From the NCBI RefSeq assembly GCF_006345805.1, contig NC_043009.1:44330001-44394000 (forward strand): 64,000 nucleotides of DNA. Direction: 5' to 3'. The notes under the pieces were generated by a model. The model worked only from the letters and a program-made list of their open reading frames with translations, did not search any database and had not been told where the DNA came from. Shown piece by piece: positions 37,477 to 49,330 of the stretch (positions within the stretch are counted from its first letter, which is position 1; each line of letters starts with the position of its first letter). The position numbers were made by a program, and so were the translations under genes. The stretch comes from Octopus sinensis (Eukaryota).

Positions 37477-37799
37477 TTAAAATTCACCAGAGACAGTTGG
37501 TAATCTTACACATGATTCAATCCTAATGATGGGTTGCCAGCCATATCACAACATTGTTAATTGTTAACAATTAAAATAATTTAAAAAGTTTCATGACTGG
37601 TCATCTGTTGTATCATTAGTTTCCTTTGTAATACTAAATATTGATATTCTTCCTCATCGTTTCATGGCTTTATGTTAATTTTCAATACTGGGAATCAGTT
37701 CTTATTCAGACTTACTGCCCTCATGGATGGATTGGGGGACCACATCTCTCTCTCTCTCTCTCTCTCTCTCTCAGATGTCCAAATTTGGCTATGAGTTCC

Positions 37800-38430
37800 A
37801 CAACTAGATGCCCTTCCTAACACCAACTACTTTACAAAGTGTACTGGTGCATTTTATCATGGAACTTCAACTTGGCAAGACTAAGGAGTCATCTTAGCCT
37901 GACATTGTCCCAGCTCAATTCATCCTTCCTGCTTCTCCTTTACGAAGTTAACTGGCTGTCTTCATTTATTTTATCTGTATTTTTCCCCTAAAATTACTTT
38001 GAATAATAAAATTTCACCTAGAAATATTCCATTTATTTTGGTAGGTCCAAAACACACTTAACCTTTACTAACAGGGGCCTCTTATGTATTTTTCATAGAA
38101 TTCCAGTTTAACATTCACGGGGTCTTTTTCTGTCCAAATTTTGCTATGCATTCCACAACTGGATAACTCTTCATAACACCCACTGCTTTACAAAGTGTAC
38201 TGGGTGCTTTATCGTGACACCTCAACTTGGAGTCATCTTAGCCTGACATTGTCTCAGCCCAATTCTCCCTGCCTGCTCACCCTTTACAGTATTAACTGGC
38301 TGTGTCTTCATTTATTTTAACTGCATTTTCATTTACTTCAGTAGGTCCAAAACACACTCAGCCCTAACAGAGGCCTCTTGTATAATTTACACAGAATTTC
38401 AGTTCAACTTTCACATGGTCTTTTTCTGTT
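37800..38430 (+). repeat. Old local tandem duplication (units about 37800-38133 and 38158-38430)
   Basis: Shared blocks ggagtcatcttagcctgacattgtc, gtaggtccaaaacacact, ggtctttttctgt. Confidence 0.85.
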
Positions 38431-38619
38431 GTCTTACATATTCTTTTATTTTTTTTAAGTATTTGTTTCTTTCAAACTGCAATACGTCTTCTGACTTGAC
38501 TTTAAATACTAAAAATATCATTTGAATGGAATAAAAAGATTTTTCTTTGTTAAGTCACTGAACCAGGGTTTTTCAGGAGAATGTGTTCATCTGTTTACAC
38601 TGTTCAATTTTAATTTCAG

Positions 38620-38679
38620 AGTCCTTCCAGTGAAAAAGAACGTGAATATTATGAAGAAAAGAAGAAAGAGAAGAAACGG
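38620..38679 (+). CDS. Host gene internal exon (SPSSEKEREYYEEKKKEKKR), phase 0-0
   Basis: Acceptor tttaatttcAG, donor CGG|gtaagc, 60 nt open purine-rich frame; phase joins the next exon. Confidence 0.75.
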
Positions 38680-38819
38680 GTAAGCTGCACTATTGCTTCA
38701 GATCATTGTTGACAAAATTTAGAAAGACTGAAGATATGTAAACCAAGACAGAGTTATCCAGATCATATATCTAGGATAAAATAAAGAGAACAGCTGGTTA
38801 GGTTTTATATGAACAAAAC

Positions 38820-39117
38820 ATTCGAGCAGGGTCATTGCCAGTGCTGCTGGACTGACTCCTGTGCAGGTGGCACATAAAAAACACCATTTTTTCGAGCGTG
38901 GCCATTGCCAGTACCGCCAGACTGGCCCTCGTGCCGGTGGCACTTTAAAAGCACCCACTACACTCTCGGAGTGGTTGGCATTAGGAAGGGCATCCAGCTG
39001 TAGAAACTCTGCCAGATCAGACTGGAGCTTGGTGCAGCCATCTGGTTCACCAGTCCTCAGTCAAATCGTCCAACCCATGCTAGAATGGAAAGCGGACGTT
39101 AAACGATGATGATGATA
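38820..39117 (+). mobile_element. SINE family C
   Basis: tggttggcattaggaagggcatccagctgtagaaac..gttaaacgatgatgatgat. Confidence 0.85.
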
Positions 39118-39322
39118 TATGTGTGTGTGTGTATAAATCGCCAATAGTTCATATATCCAAAAAAGAAGTACACTCTAAAGCATTATAACAGTAATATATT
39201 TTTTGGGGAAGTTATAAGTTATGGCCAGTCATAGAGTGACCATTGGCCCAATCTTCTGAGTTCTTTTAGAGGGCTTAGGAAAACTGAAAGACTGCTGCAA
39301 AAAGTGTGTGAATCTGAAGGGA

Positions 39323-39612
39323 ATCGTCGTTTAACGTCCGTTCTCCATGCTAGCATGGGTTGGACGGTTCGACCGGGGTTCTGGGAAGCCAGAAGGCTGC
39401 ACCAGGCTCCAGTCTAATTTGGCAATGTTTCTACAGCTGGATGCCCTTCCTAACGCCAACCACTCCGTGAGTGTAGTGGGTGCTTTTTACGTGCCACCTG
39501 CACAGGTGCCAGGCGGGGCTGGCAACGGCCACGGTCAGATTGGTGTATTTTATGTGCCACCGGCACGGAAGCCAGTCGAGGCGGTGCTGGCATCGGCCAC
39601 GAGTCGGATGTT
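39323..39612 (-). mobile_element. SINE family C, inverted relative to the 38820 copy
   Basis: Reverse complement of the neighbouring copy, about 205 bp away. Confidence 0.85.
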
Positions 39613-40775
39613 GAATAAAATCATAATTAACTGATCCTCATGTATTTCCTTTTACCCAAAGCCAGGAACTTTTCAGCACCCCTTCGTGTGTGCCTGTGAG
39701 TGTGTATGTATGTATGTATGTATATGTCTCTGCTTGTGATATAAACAGGAATGCATTTTGCACCAAAAACCAATATGAAAGTTTCTCATGGTAACTATTG
39801 CAGTATTGTTTGTTCTAACAAGACGTCCGCATTTAAGTGGGGATAAATACATACCCCTACGCACACGCATGTATATTCATATATATATATATATATACAC
39901 ACACTCACACACATACACGCACTGTTGAGCTTAAAACCAAGGCAACACTGTGGTCTTAGTTTACATGGAGAAATGACAGAGCTGATATGGTCTGAGAGAC
40001 AGGAGAGTAACAGTTGGGTGTAAGACTGGTTCAGAACATATATAAAAAGAAAAAAGAAAATACTCTCTCTCTCCTACATCTTAATAATGAGAAGTTATTA
40101 GCTTAACTGGCTTATTTGTCCTGTTATATGGTAATGTCTTCAACTCAACCCATCAGTGAGAATGGCTACAAATACATCTGTTATATTCACCAATTCCATT
40201 CCTACTGAAAAGTATTATCAGTCACACAACATTCTCTCACACTCTGTCTCCTCCTCTGCATTATGGTTATTTCATCACGATTTTCATGTCTGCTGTTCTC
40301 AAGAGCCTCCAATAGGTTGTCATGTTAAAACATATTTCCCATTCCCACAGTCTACACCACCTCCTTTTTGTGTTTATTGCTAAATTCCCTCTCTCTCTCT
40401 CTCTGAGCTGAAGAGAAGCATTTATAGGTCAGTAACATTAGTTTTTGTTTTAAAATTTAATCATAGCAAAACACAGATATTTTTTCCTAAAAACCCTGCC
40501 AGTATAATTTACCAATTACAGCTCTGTAAATCTGTTGATCCTTGTTTGTTTCGTTTATTTGTTTTTATTCTTTACAACTCTTGTCTCTTACTTTACCCAG
40601 GCAACTGTTTGTTAACAAATCTACCAAATGATTTAAACTGTTCTACACATCCTCTCCTTTCAACCTATTCCACTGGAAATACTCTGTTGTCTTCAGTTTC
40701 AAAATAAAATGTAATTTCTTGCTGAACCAGAGATAGTATTTCATTTTCAAAAATGTTCTATTTTAACTTTTACAG

Positions 40776-40821
40776 GATATTTCTTCAGACCGCTCAAGTG
40801 TGGAAGTAAAAAAAAGAAAAG
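40776..40821 (+). CDS. Host gene internal exon (DISSDRSSVEVKKRK-G), phase 0-1
   Basis: Acceptor ttttaacttttacAG, donor AAG|gtattt, 46 nt; in frame with the flanking exons. Confidence 0.7.
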
Positions 40822-42279
40822 GTATTTTTTTCCCCCTTATTATTTAATCAATTTTCAGAAAGACAGATGGAAATTCAGACTTGGTTGGGGGCTTACTAAA
40901 CACATGAATACCTGATTTCTAAATGAGATTTCTCTGCATCCTCATCAATTCAGTTTCATTTATTTTCTAAGTTTAAGCAAGGATAATCACTTTTCTTTTA
41001 CTAAAAATGTACAATTAACTACAGCATCAATAGTTAACTTACATTTTTCTAGTTCATCTGTTTGAAAGATATCGAGAGGCATGTGATAAGAAAGACAGAT
41101 CATCGTTATAGCCATGTGATTCTAAACATAGTTAATCTTTCAAACTGATTTTTCAAAGGATATTCCTCTTCCACTTGCTTATTTCATTATTTCCCTTCAT
41201 TCTCCTAACACATAAGTCAAGTGTCACTCAATTTCACGGTCATACATGAAGTGAAATATTATTTAGTCAACTTGTCAGCCTCTGACTGCTGTCTCAGTAC
41301 TTCAGTACCTACCATTCCTCCAACAGTATTCCATTTAATTGCTAATCCGTACTCCAAGTTGCTTACATTTCAGTTCAGTGCCATGAAAAAAAGCAACAAT
41401 TGTTTACACTGCAACTCAACCATAACCTTTGCTTGCATTACTACTTCTAATGCATTTTCTGCAAAAATAATTCACTTACTGAGCTTCTGAATTTCAGACT
41501 TGTAGAAAGCAAAGATAGACATTTAAACAACCTTGTCTCTATGGTAGCAACTTCATGTAGTCATTAAAAAAATGTTATGCCCAACACATTACTACAGAAA
41601 ATACTACTACTACTACTACTACTAATAATAATAATCTTGATTAGCTAGAGAATCTCTTACTCTGTGACCTTCTCAAAATGATGTGCCTAATATCGTTTGA
41701 CATTCTAAATTAGGAGTAATATCTAACCTAGTTGCTGATGGAATTACCATAAATAAAAGATTCCATTTATGAGTGTGAGTTATAAACTTGACTGATAAAT
41801 TAGTCGTCTCAACTCCAACTTATCATTCTTTCCCATCAAGTTGTTGTGCTGTGAACAGTGAACGTTAAGTTAGTTGATGAATAGACCTTTCTACGCTGTT
41901 GGCTCCTCTGCTCTGACTTTTGTTGATTATTATTTCACCGTTTCTTATTGCCCAGAACCTACTTTTTTTTATTTATTTATCTACCCCCCCCCCCTCTTGT
42001 TACAATGTTGCCTTCATTTCATTTCAAGACAGCTTTTGTTTTTGTCATTTTTTTGTTTTTTACTCACTGACTAAGGTGGTGTTAAATTTAGATACTGAAA
42101 TTTAAAGATTTTTATAGAACCTGGTTACAGTAACTACCAAAACGGTTCAAAATAGATGGACTGTAATGGTTCAAGTGAAAGTACACTTTGAATGCTGGAT
42201 GATTTGTAAAGTGACATCTATCCGTTTTTGAGAAAACATCGCTCAGAAGTTTCTCTGAGTGCTGGTTTGTTTATTGCAG

Positions 42280-42291
42280 AGAGCCTGAAAA
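42280..42291 (+). CDS. Candidate 12-nt symmetric microexon (adds E-S-L-K, changes G to S)
   Basis: gtttgtttattgcAG|AGAGCCTGAAAA|GTaaga; phase 1-1, preserves frame between 40821 and 43952. Confidence 0.3.
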
Positions 42292-43199
42292 GTAAGAACT
42301 ATGATACAAAACAGGTGCTTAGCAGAGGGCCTGCTGGTACCTAAGGAGAACTCATCAGCAATTTATCAGCTTTTATCTGGTATCCCTACCCAATATAAAG
42401 GGCTAAAGTGTTTTATGGAGTGTTAGCAATTAGCTTTGAATAAATACACCATTTCAGGGAACCAGTATTTTGGGATTCCCAGGCTGTTTTCAAACATATT
42501 CAGATAGTTTGGTGCATTATTCAACATGTTAAGAAGGGTGGAAAAGATTTTCAGGTTTCCTGTTTTGACCTGGCAAATGCAATAAGGATGAGCTCCCCAT
42601 GCATTGTTACACAAAATTAGATTACATCCAGGATATGTGAGGATCAGCAGTCATATTACAACCATATTATTTTGAGGAAAATATTAATATAAAAAATTTT
42701 TGATTATAAAGTAATGGGTATAGAAATATTTTTTTATATGTACTGAGAAGGATGAAGATTATATGGTTTAATTATAGTAAAATTTAAATTTTGTACCTTT
42801 TGCATAATGGTTTGATAATATTATTTAATATTTACCACCATAGAATTCATAATAAATTAGTAGGAACCAAAATTAAGAATCATAACAGGGTACACCATTT
42901 CTCTACCCTCCATCCATGATAAATATGAAGTTGATATTTGAGAAGAGTAAGAAGCTGTTCAAAACTGGTGTGAAGATCAGGAACTAACTACTTGGTACTT
43001 CCATCACTGCATGATTTTTTTTTTTTTTAGGTGTCTTTATTGCTCTGGTGGAAAGAAAGAAGAAGAGCAAAAAGCTTGTTGTAGCATAGTTGGTTGAAGT
43101 ATTCCAGCAATATCACAGTCTGTTTATAACATGAAATCAGCTCAAAGAATGGGAGGTGGGAAGCTGATCCCAACAATCAAGAAGCAGGGAATTAAGAAC

Positions 43200-43570
43200 T
43201 TTAACTGTATCCATACAGTACCTCTCAATGATGCCAAAAAATGTATTGAGAGTTAAGGCCACATTGAAAGAAAGACCAACTACCATTGAACCAGTGAAGA
43301 TTGTTTATGGCGTGGTATCATCAGTATGGCCTCTCCAAGTGTGTGAAACACCAGTAACAAAAGTGAAGAGAATGGAACAGTGTGCTATTGCAAGTTCCTG
43401 TGAGAGTGAGTTGGTTTCCCACCAGGCTTTCCAAAAGCTGTACTGCATGGCATTACTACAAGACTCCAGCTGCCTGTAACAGTCACTATTGGAGGAATAT
43501 AAAGTAGCAAAAGCTCCCTGGTACATGATATTAAAAGATTCAGTGGCTCCCATTGTTTATATAACCTAGC
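43200..43570 (+). mobile_element. HERO/R2-superfamily LINE fossil (post-RT region)
   Basis: Across frameshifts: VWPLQVCETPVTKVKRMEQ..VGFPPGF..LHG..RLQLPV..SLLEEYKVAK..MILKDS. Confidence 0.6.
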
Positions 43571-43951
43571 ATGGAGTGTTGTCTGAAAGGACATAGAGCA
43601 TGTGATAAGGTGTTTGAAGTGGTAGATATTGACCTGGAAATGAAAGGGATGATAGGAGTTTCATAAACATACAGGCAGAACAAGGGCAGATAGAGAATAA
43701 CAAAGGTAGGTAAGTTATTGGGATCAAAGAATTTGGTCGTATATAAGAGAAGGAGAGGGGGTAATTATGGCAGTAGGGTTAGGAAACCAATATTTTTGTA
43801 ATATAGGAGTTAGAGGAACAAAGGGAGGTATTGTAGAACCATATTATGGATAGCGGAACCAAACCTTATTAAACAGGTTTAATATAGGGTCTTCTTTATA
43901 CTGGGGGTTTTGGGTGTGTATTAAAGTTGTTTTGTTGTGTGTTTATTTTAG

Positions 43952-44082
43952 GCAACAGTAAACTCAATGGAGAATCGGTAGAGCTTCAGTTGTCATCGAG
44001 TTCTATGAGTAAAGAGGAACACAGGAGACAAGAGAAGCAGTTCAGTAAGCACGACAGCAGCGAGAAGGAAAGAAGCAAAAGA
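43952..44082 (+). CDS. Host gene internal exon (GNSKLNGESVELQLSSSSMSKEEHRRQEKQFSKHDSSEKERSKR), phase 1-0
   Basis: Acceptor tgtgtttattttAG, donor AGA|gtaagt, 131 nt, open in the frame set by the previous exon. Confidence 0.8.
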
Positions 44083-44228
44083 GTAAGTGTTTGAATTTCC
44101 ACCATCATTATCATTAACAACACCACCATGACCACCACCGTCATCATTATCATTTTGCATTTGCTTTCTATGCCAGTACAAGACAGACAAGTTGTTGCAG
44201 AGTGAGGGGATCTTCATTCAGAGTCACT

Positions 44229-44608
44229 GTGGAGGCGCAATGGCCCAGTGGTTAGGGCAGCAGACTCGCGGTCCTAGGATTGCGGTTTCGATTCCCAGAC
44301 CGGGCGTTGTGAGTGTTTATTGAGCGAAAACACCTAAAGCTCCACGAGGCTCTTGCAGGGGATGGTGGTGATCCCTGCTGTACTCTTTCACCACAACTTT
44401 CTCTCACTCTTACTTCCTGTTTCTGTTGTACCTGTATTTCAAAGGGCCGGCCTTGTCACTCTGTGTCACGCTGAATATCCCCGAGAACTACGTTAAGGGT
44501 ACACGTGTCTGTGGAGTGCTCAGCCACTTACACGTTAATTTCATGAGCAGGCTGTTCCGTTGATTGGATCAACCGGAACCCTCATCATCGTAACCGACGG
44601 AGTGCTTC
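44229..44608 (+). mobile_element. tRNA-derived SINE (OR-like) with a 14-bp TSD
   Basis: A box tggcccagtgg, B box ggtttcgattcc; TSD cattcagagtcact at 44215-44228 and 44609-44622. Confidence 0.9.
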
Positions 44609-46572
44609 CATTCAGAGTCACTCCCTTCCTAAACAAGTTTGAGGACAATGTCATACTTGTACATTTCATTTTTTTTTGCTTGGTTTCTGTAGCTAGATTC
44701 CTCTCCCAGCACTAACCACTTTACAGTGTGTACTTGATGTGTTTTACTGTGGTACCATTACCAAAGAGGTTGTCATGCCCTTGACAAGGCTTAAGAATCT
44801 TCATGAACCCATTTCATCCTCACTTGTTCACTGACCACTTGTGTTCAGTAACCATCATAAACCCCCACCCCTTTCTTAATATTACTGTGAGCTGAACTGA
44901 GTCTCTAACATGACACACCCATCTTTCCTCTCAACCTTGTGTCATCTCATCTATCAGTTCTAACATCCTCATATCTTGACTTTTTCCTCTCCTAATATCA
45001 CTCAACCAATTCACTCATCTCTTCTCCACACATTGGTTCCAACATAACTTACATGGCACCTACTTTCGTTTATTTCTGTTCTTTAAGTGCCCCCCCCCCC
45101 CCCCGATCTTCCATAAATGTAGTGATTGTATGTTGTCCTGTTCCAATAATGAATTCATATAGGAGAAGAAGTGGTGAGAAAAGATCTACAGACATTGGGA
45201 CGCACAGAGGGGATGACAGGATTAAGACACCTGGTGGTTTGCTGTGCTTGAAAAGACACATCAAATTTAGTAAAAGTATGGTTGTCTTTGCAAACAAGCT
45301 CATCCCTAACCTTGTAGGTGCTGGTGACATATAAAAAGCACCCAGCACACTCTGTAAAATGGTTGGTATTATGAAGGGCATCCAGCTATAGAAACAAGGA
45401 GACTAAACAGCCCTTCAGCTCATCTGCTCCTGTCAAACTGTCTAACCCATGCCAGCATGGAAAACAGATGTTAAATGATGATGATATAGTATCAGATTGA
45501 ATGTTTTAGGGGTATTTATTCTGACTTTCTGGGTTCTCAGTTCAAAACCTATCAAAGTAATCTTTACTTTTTATCATTCAGAGGTTGACAAAGTACCAGT
45601 GAAGTACAAGTGATGGTTCCTCCCTCCCTTTCTCTCTTCCCATCCTGCCCTCTAAGTCTGTGAAATTGTACTGTGAGAAGGGTCATTAAAGGTGTCTAAT
45701 GATGACCCTTTTTGTAGAAGCAGAGAAGAGGTGATTGAGAGGACCACCAACTTTATTTTATAAAAACTGATAACTATGGCCTGGGGTACAGTACAGCATA
45801 ACACAACAATAATAATAATAATAATAATCTTCATTGCCTAATGGAAAGAAGCAGAAGTTTTAGAGCATTCACACTTTATACAGCAGAATGTCTAATACCA
45901 GTTTCAATGTCATACAAACACAAACCCACATGTGTGCACATCCACGCACAAAGCAGAGAGAAAGTAATTCTGAGAAAGAATGTCGTAACCACCATCTTAT
46001 CAACAGTAAATGTTATGTCAGTAATGGCGGTGACAAAACCCTTGTTTATTGTCATCATTATCGTCGTTGTTGTTGTTGTTGAGTAAACCCAGTCAAAATC
46101 TGTGGCAACAGACCAATGGCATGAAGGCAGCTGATCAAACATTAAAAGACAGCAGCCCACACATATGTAGTCTTTTCAGTTCAGGGCCATGCAGTGTTTA
46201 GTCCTGTGTATGTGTGCAGTTACAAATTAGGACATGTGACAGTTGTTGTTGTTGTTGTCCCCTCTCCTCCTCTCATTGGCTTATATATATATATGTGCTT
46301 GAAGTGTGTCATAACGGCAGTGACAGGAGTGAAAAAATGTAGTGTAGGTAGACTGCAGGTATAGCTGTGTGGTAAGAAGCTTGCTTGCTAACCACATGGT
46401 TCTGGGTTCAGTCCTCACTGCATGGTACCTTGAGCAAGTATCTTCTATAGCCTTGGGCCAACCAAAGCCTTGTGAGTGGATTTGGTAAACGGAAACTGAA
46501 AAAACCCTCATGTTTGCATGTGTACGTCCATCCCACCACTGCTTGACAACCAGTGTTGGCGTGTTTACATCC

Positions 46573-47070
46573 CCATAAATTGTCTGACAACCATGGATGG
46601 GTTCTCTTGCTTGTGTGGCATGGTACAGAGTCCTGTTGCCAGACCCACAGTCTTCCAGCAACCACCCTCTTAACCCAGGGCAGCACTACCTCCTACAGGC
46701 ACTTGATGTAGGCCTCCGTGTTGATTCTGAGGCCGTGTAGGAAGATGAATGGAGGCCTAGTGTCACCATCACTAGTGATCACTCCAAACACCATGATGTT
46801 GACTGGATGTTGGATTTTTATTACCCTCAGTACATTTTCTCAGACTGACACCCAAACACTCTGAAATGTTTGTATTGGAGCTTTCAGCGCAAATGCCAAG
46901 TAGTAGAGCATGTCACTTCCAAATTTCTGGCTGAGTGATTGCATCATGGTGCTGTTTTTCTCACAGATGGTGCCCAATTGATCCTACTATACTGTGTAGT
47001 CGACAAAATCAAAAACAAAAAATGTGCATTCGCAAAATTAAAAATATAAAATGGCAACAATTTAGCCTGT
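46573..47070 (-). mobile_element. Second, truncated copy of the same maT deletion derivative
   Basis: Colinear with about 14390-14860, including the same internal deletion junction (ctcagtacattttctcaga). Confidence 0.85.
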
Positions 47071-47100
47071 ATGTATGTATGTATGTGTGTGTATATATAT

Positions 47101-47407
47101 GTGGAGGCGCAATGGCCTAGTGGTTAGGGCAGTAGACTCGCGGTCGCAGGATCATGGTTTCGATTCCCAGACCAGGCGTTGTGAGTGTTTATTGAGCGAA
47201 AACACCTAAAAGCTCCACGAGGCTCCGGCAGAGGGTGGTGATCCCTGCTGTACTCTTTCACCACTCTTTCTCCCACTCTTTCTTCTGTTGGCCTGCTTGT
47301 TTAGCCAGTGGGGTGGCGTCATTTGAAGGCTAAAACAATGCGAACGCATTGTGACCAGCTATGTGTAACAACATCTGATGGTCTGGTCGGTCCCGCGATC
47401 CCGTGAT
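47101..47407 (+). mobile_element. tRNA-derived SINE with the same head as 44229 but a different 3' half
   Basis: First about 175 bp nearly identical to the 44229 copy; unrelated tail; flanked by (TA)n. Confidence 0.85.
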
Positions 47408-47536
47408 ATATATATAAAGTCCCTAATGAAGCAGGATCGAGAGTAAGAAAAAGTTTTATGAAGACGGTGGGGGAGGGGGGCATCGTTGTTGTTCATCTTG
47501 ACTCGCATAATTTGTCTTTTATTTGTGTCATTGCAG

Positions 47537-47622
47537 GAAAGTCGTAGTGGAGAGGATGAGTACCGAGAAAAGGTAAAAGATAAAGAGAAAGAACGTGTGA
47601 AACGAGCAGACAAAGAGAAAGT
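47537..47622 (+). CDS. Host gene exon (ESRSGEDEYREKVKDKEKERVKRADKEK-V)
   Basis: Acceptor tttgtgtcattgcAG; open charged frame; donor ambiguous (47573 gtaaaa, 47621 gtgtat or 47623 gtatcc). Confidence 0.7.
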
Positions 47623-47848
47623 GTATCCTTTTTTTATATAAATTAATTATTGAAGTGACCAGGATGAGGAGCAGGGGTTGGGGTTGAGCCATGGCCATTG
47701 TTTTATTATTATACATTGGTTTTGGTTTACTTTAAACTATTGAAGAGCAATGATGGGAGCTGCTGTTAGAAATATATAGAAATTCTTAAGCTTTGGATTT
47801 CTGCTTTTTCTTTAGCTGAAAAATTGTGATGGTGATAATAAAAATAGT

Positions 47849-48206
47849 AATAATGAACATGAGCCAAAGGATGTGATAGGATCCATTATGGTCATGGAAT
47901 CAAACATTGGAAACCGCGTTCTAGTGGACAAGGGAGAAAAGTCGTGCCTGATCATAGACATTTTGTCCTGGGAGTAACAGGATCAAGGGGGGAGGGGGAA
48001 GAGGAGAATAACTTATGAGATATGAAGCTCTGAAATCAAAAAGCTATGGTGAGTGAAAAAAAGGTGTACATTTTGCCAGTAATTGTAGGTGCTTGAGGAA
48101 CAGTGAACAAAAAAATTAAAAATTGGTCGGAAAAGGTTGGCATAAAAATGAAAACAGAGGACATCCTGGTAGTGCAAGGAGTCTCTACAAAGTTCTTGAT
48201 GCTTGA
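47849..48206 (+). mobile_element. Dong/R4-clade LINE 3' fragment C, highly degenerate
   Basis: EHEPKDV..VLVDKGEKSCLIIDI..YEALK..PVIVGA*GTV..VGI..GSARSLYKVLDA*; begins at a TAA-rich tract. Confidence 0.65.
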
Positions 48207-48959
48207 AAAGAAAGTACCACCTTAGTTCATTGGAAGTGAACAGCTGAAACATAAATGATACCTCCAGCAACAAGCTGAGTATGTCAGATATTATGATAAT
48301 AATTTGGATATCAAGATATTTCGTGATTCTACTGAAAGCTTTTTTGCTTAGCACAGTAAGGGTTGTATGAAAGGTGCTAGACACCTATGGTTGTGAGGTG
48401 CAACTTGGTATCAAGCAATGCAGTACTGAGTGAACCAAAGGAATAATAATAATAATTCTTTCTACTAAAGGCACAAGGCCTGAAATTTTGGGGGAGGGGA
48501 CATTGAACCCAGTGTGCAACTGGTACTTAGTTCATTGACCCCAGAAGGATGAAAGGCAAAGTTGACCTCGGTAGAATTTAATAATAATAATAATAAATAT
48601 CTGAGTGAATAATTATAATAATAATAATAATAATAATAATTAATCTCAGCAAAAATTATCCAGAAAATCCTTGGTAGAGAGTAGGAACAATGTGACTGTC
48701 ATACAAAGGACTTTTATATGAGAAGATACACAAATGTTTTTTATCCTAGACCACAGGTTGTAGTCTGATAGGAACGTAATTAAAACCTGTTCAAATATCA
48801 TTCCCATGTAATGGAATTGGTTAAAGCATTTTTTCTATAGCCAGAGGCCCTTCCTGTCACCAACCCTCACTGGTAAAATTTTGGTTGTCCCAAGTCTATT
48901 GTAGAAAACCCAAAGTACCATGCAATAGAAAACTGCCTATTGTTCCTAACTAAAGAAAT

Positions 48960-49330
48960 GCTCCAAGGCAGTCTTCACACTGGACTTCTGCTGGTAGCTA
49001 GACCTGTTCAGCCTCATGACAAAAAGCTGATAGACTTCATTCCATAAGTCAGCAATGCTCAGATGCTGTACAAATGTGTTGAACAGTTTTTGTGATCTGC
49101 TTGTGTCTAGAGTTTATCCTAGTCTAACAATGCCTCCCAATAGCACAGCCTTCTAGAAATTGTTCACAGTCCCGAGGCTAAAAGACTTCCAGAGCAGATT
49201 GTTCAGCTGATCTTCATTGATGACTGCAGATTCCTTGTCAACTCTATTGCTCTCAACAGTCTTTAATTCCTCTGTAGAAAGCAACAGTTCACATATCACC
49301 AACTGCATTCTCTAACTGGTAGAGAACTGT
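48960..49330 (-). mobile_element. Old RTE-like LINE fossil
   Basis: VDKE...LW...SLGT...KAVLL pattern resembling the RTE post-RT region. Confidence 0.4.

Noticed and set aside
37557-37574. 18-bp palindrome ttaattgttaacaattaa
   Set aside because: Almost all A/T; plausible by chance or slippage at this composition.
44229-44310. tRNA gene
   Set aside because: The tRNA-like A/B boxes are SINE heads followed by SINE body and a TSD; no complete cloverleaf.
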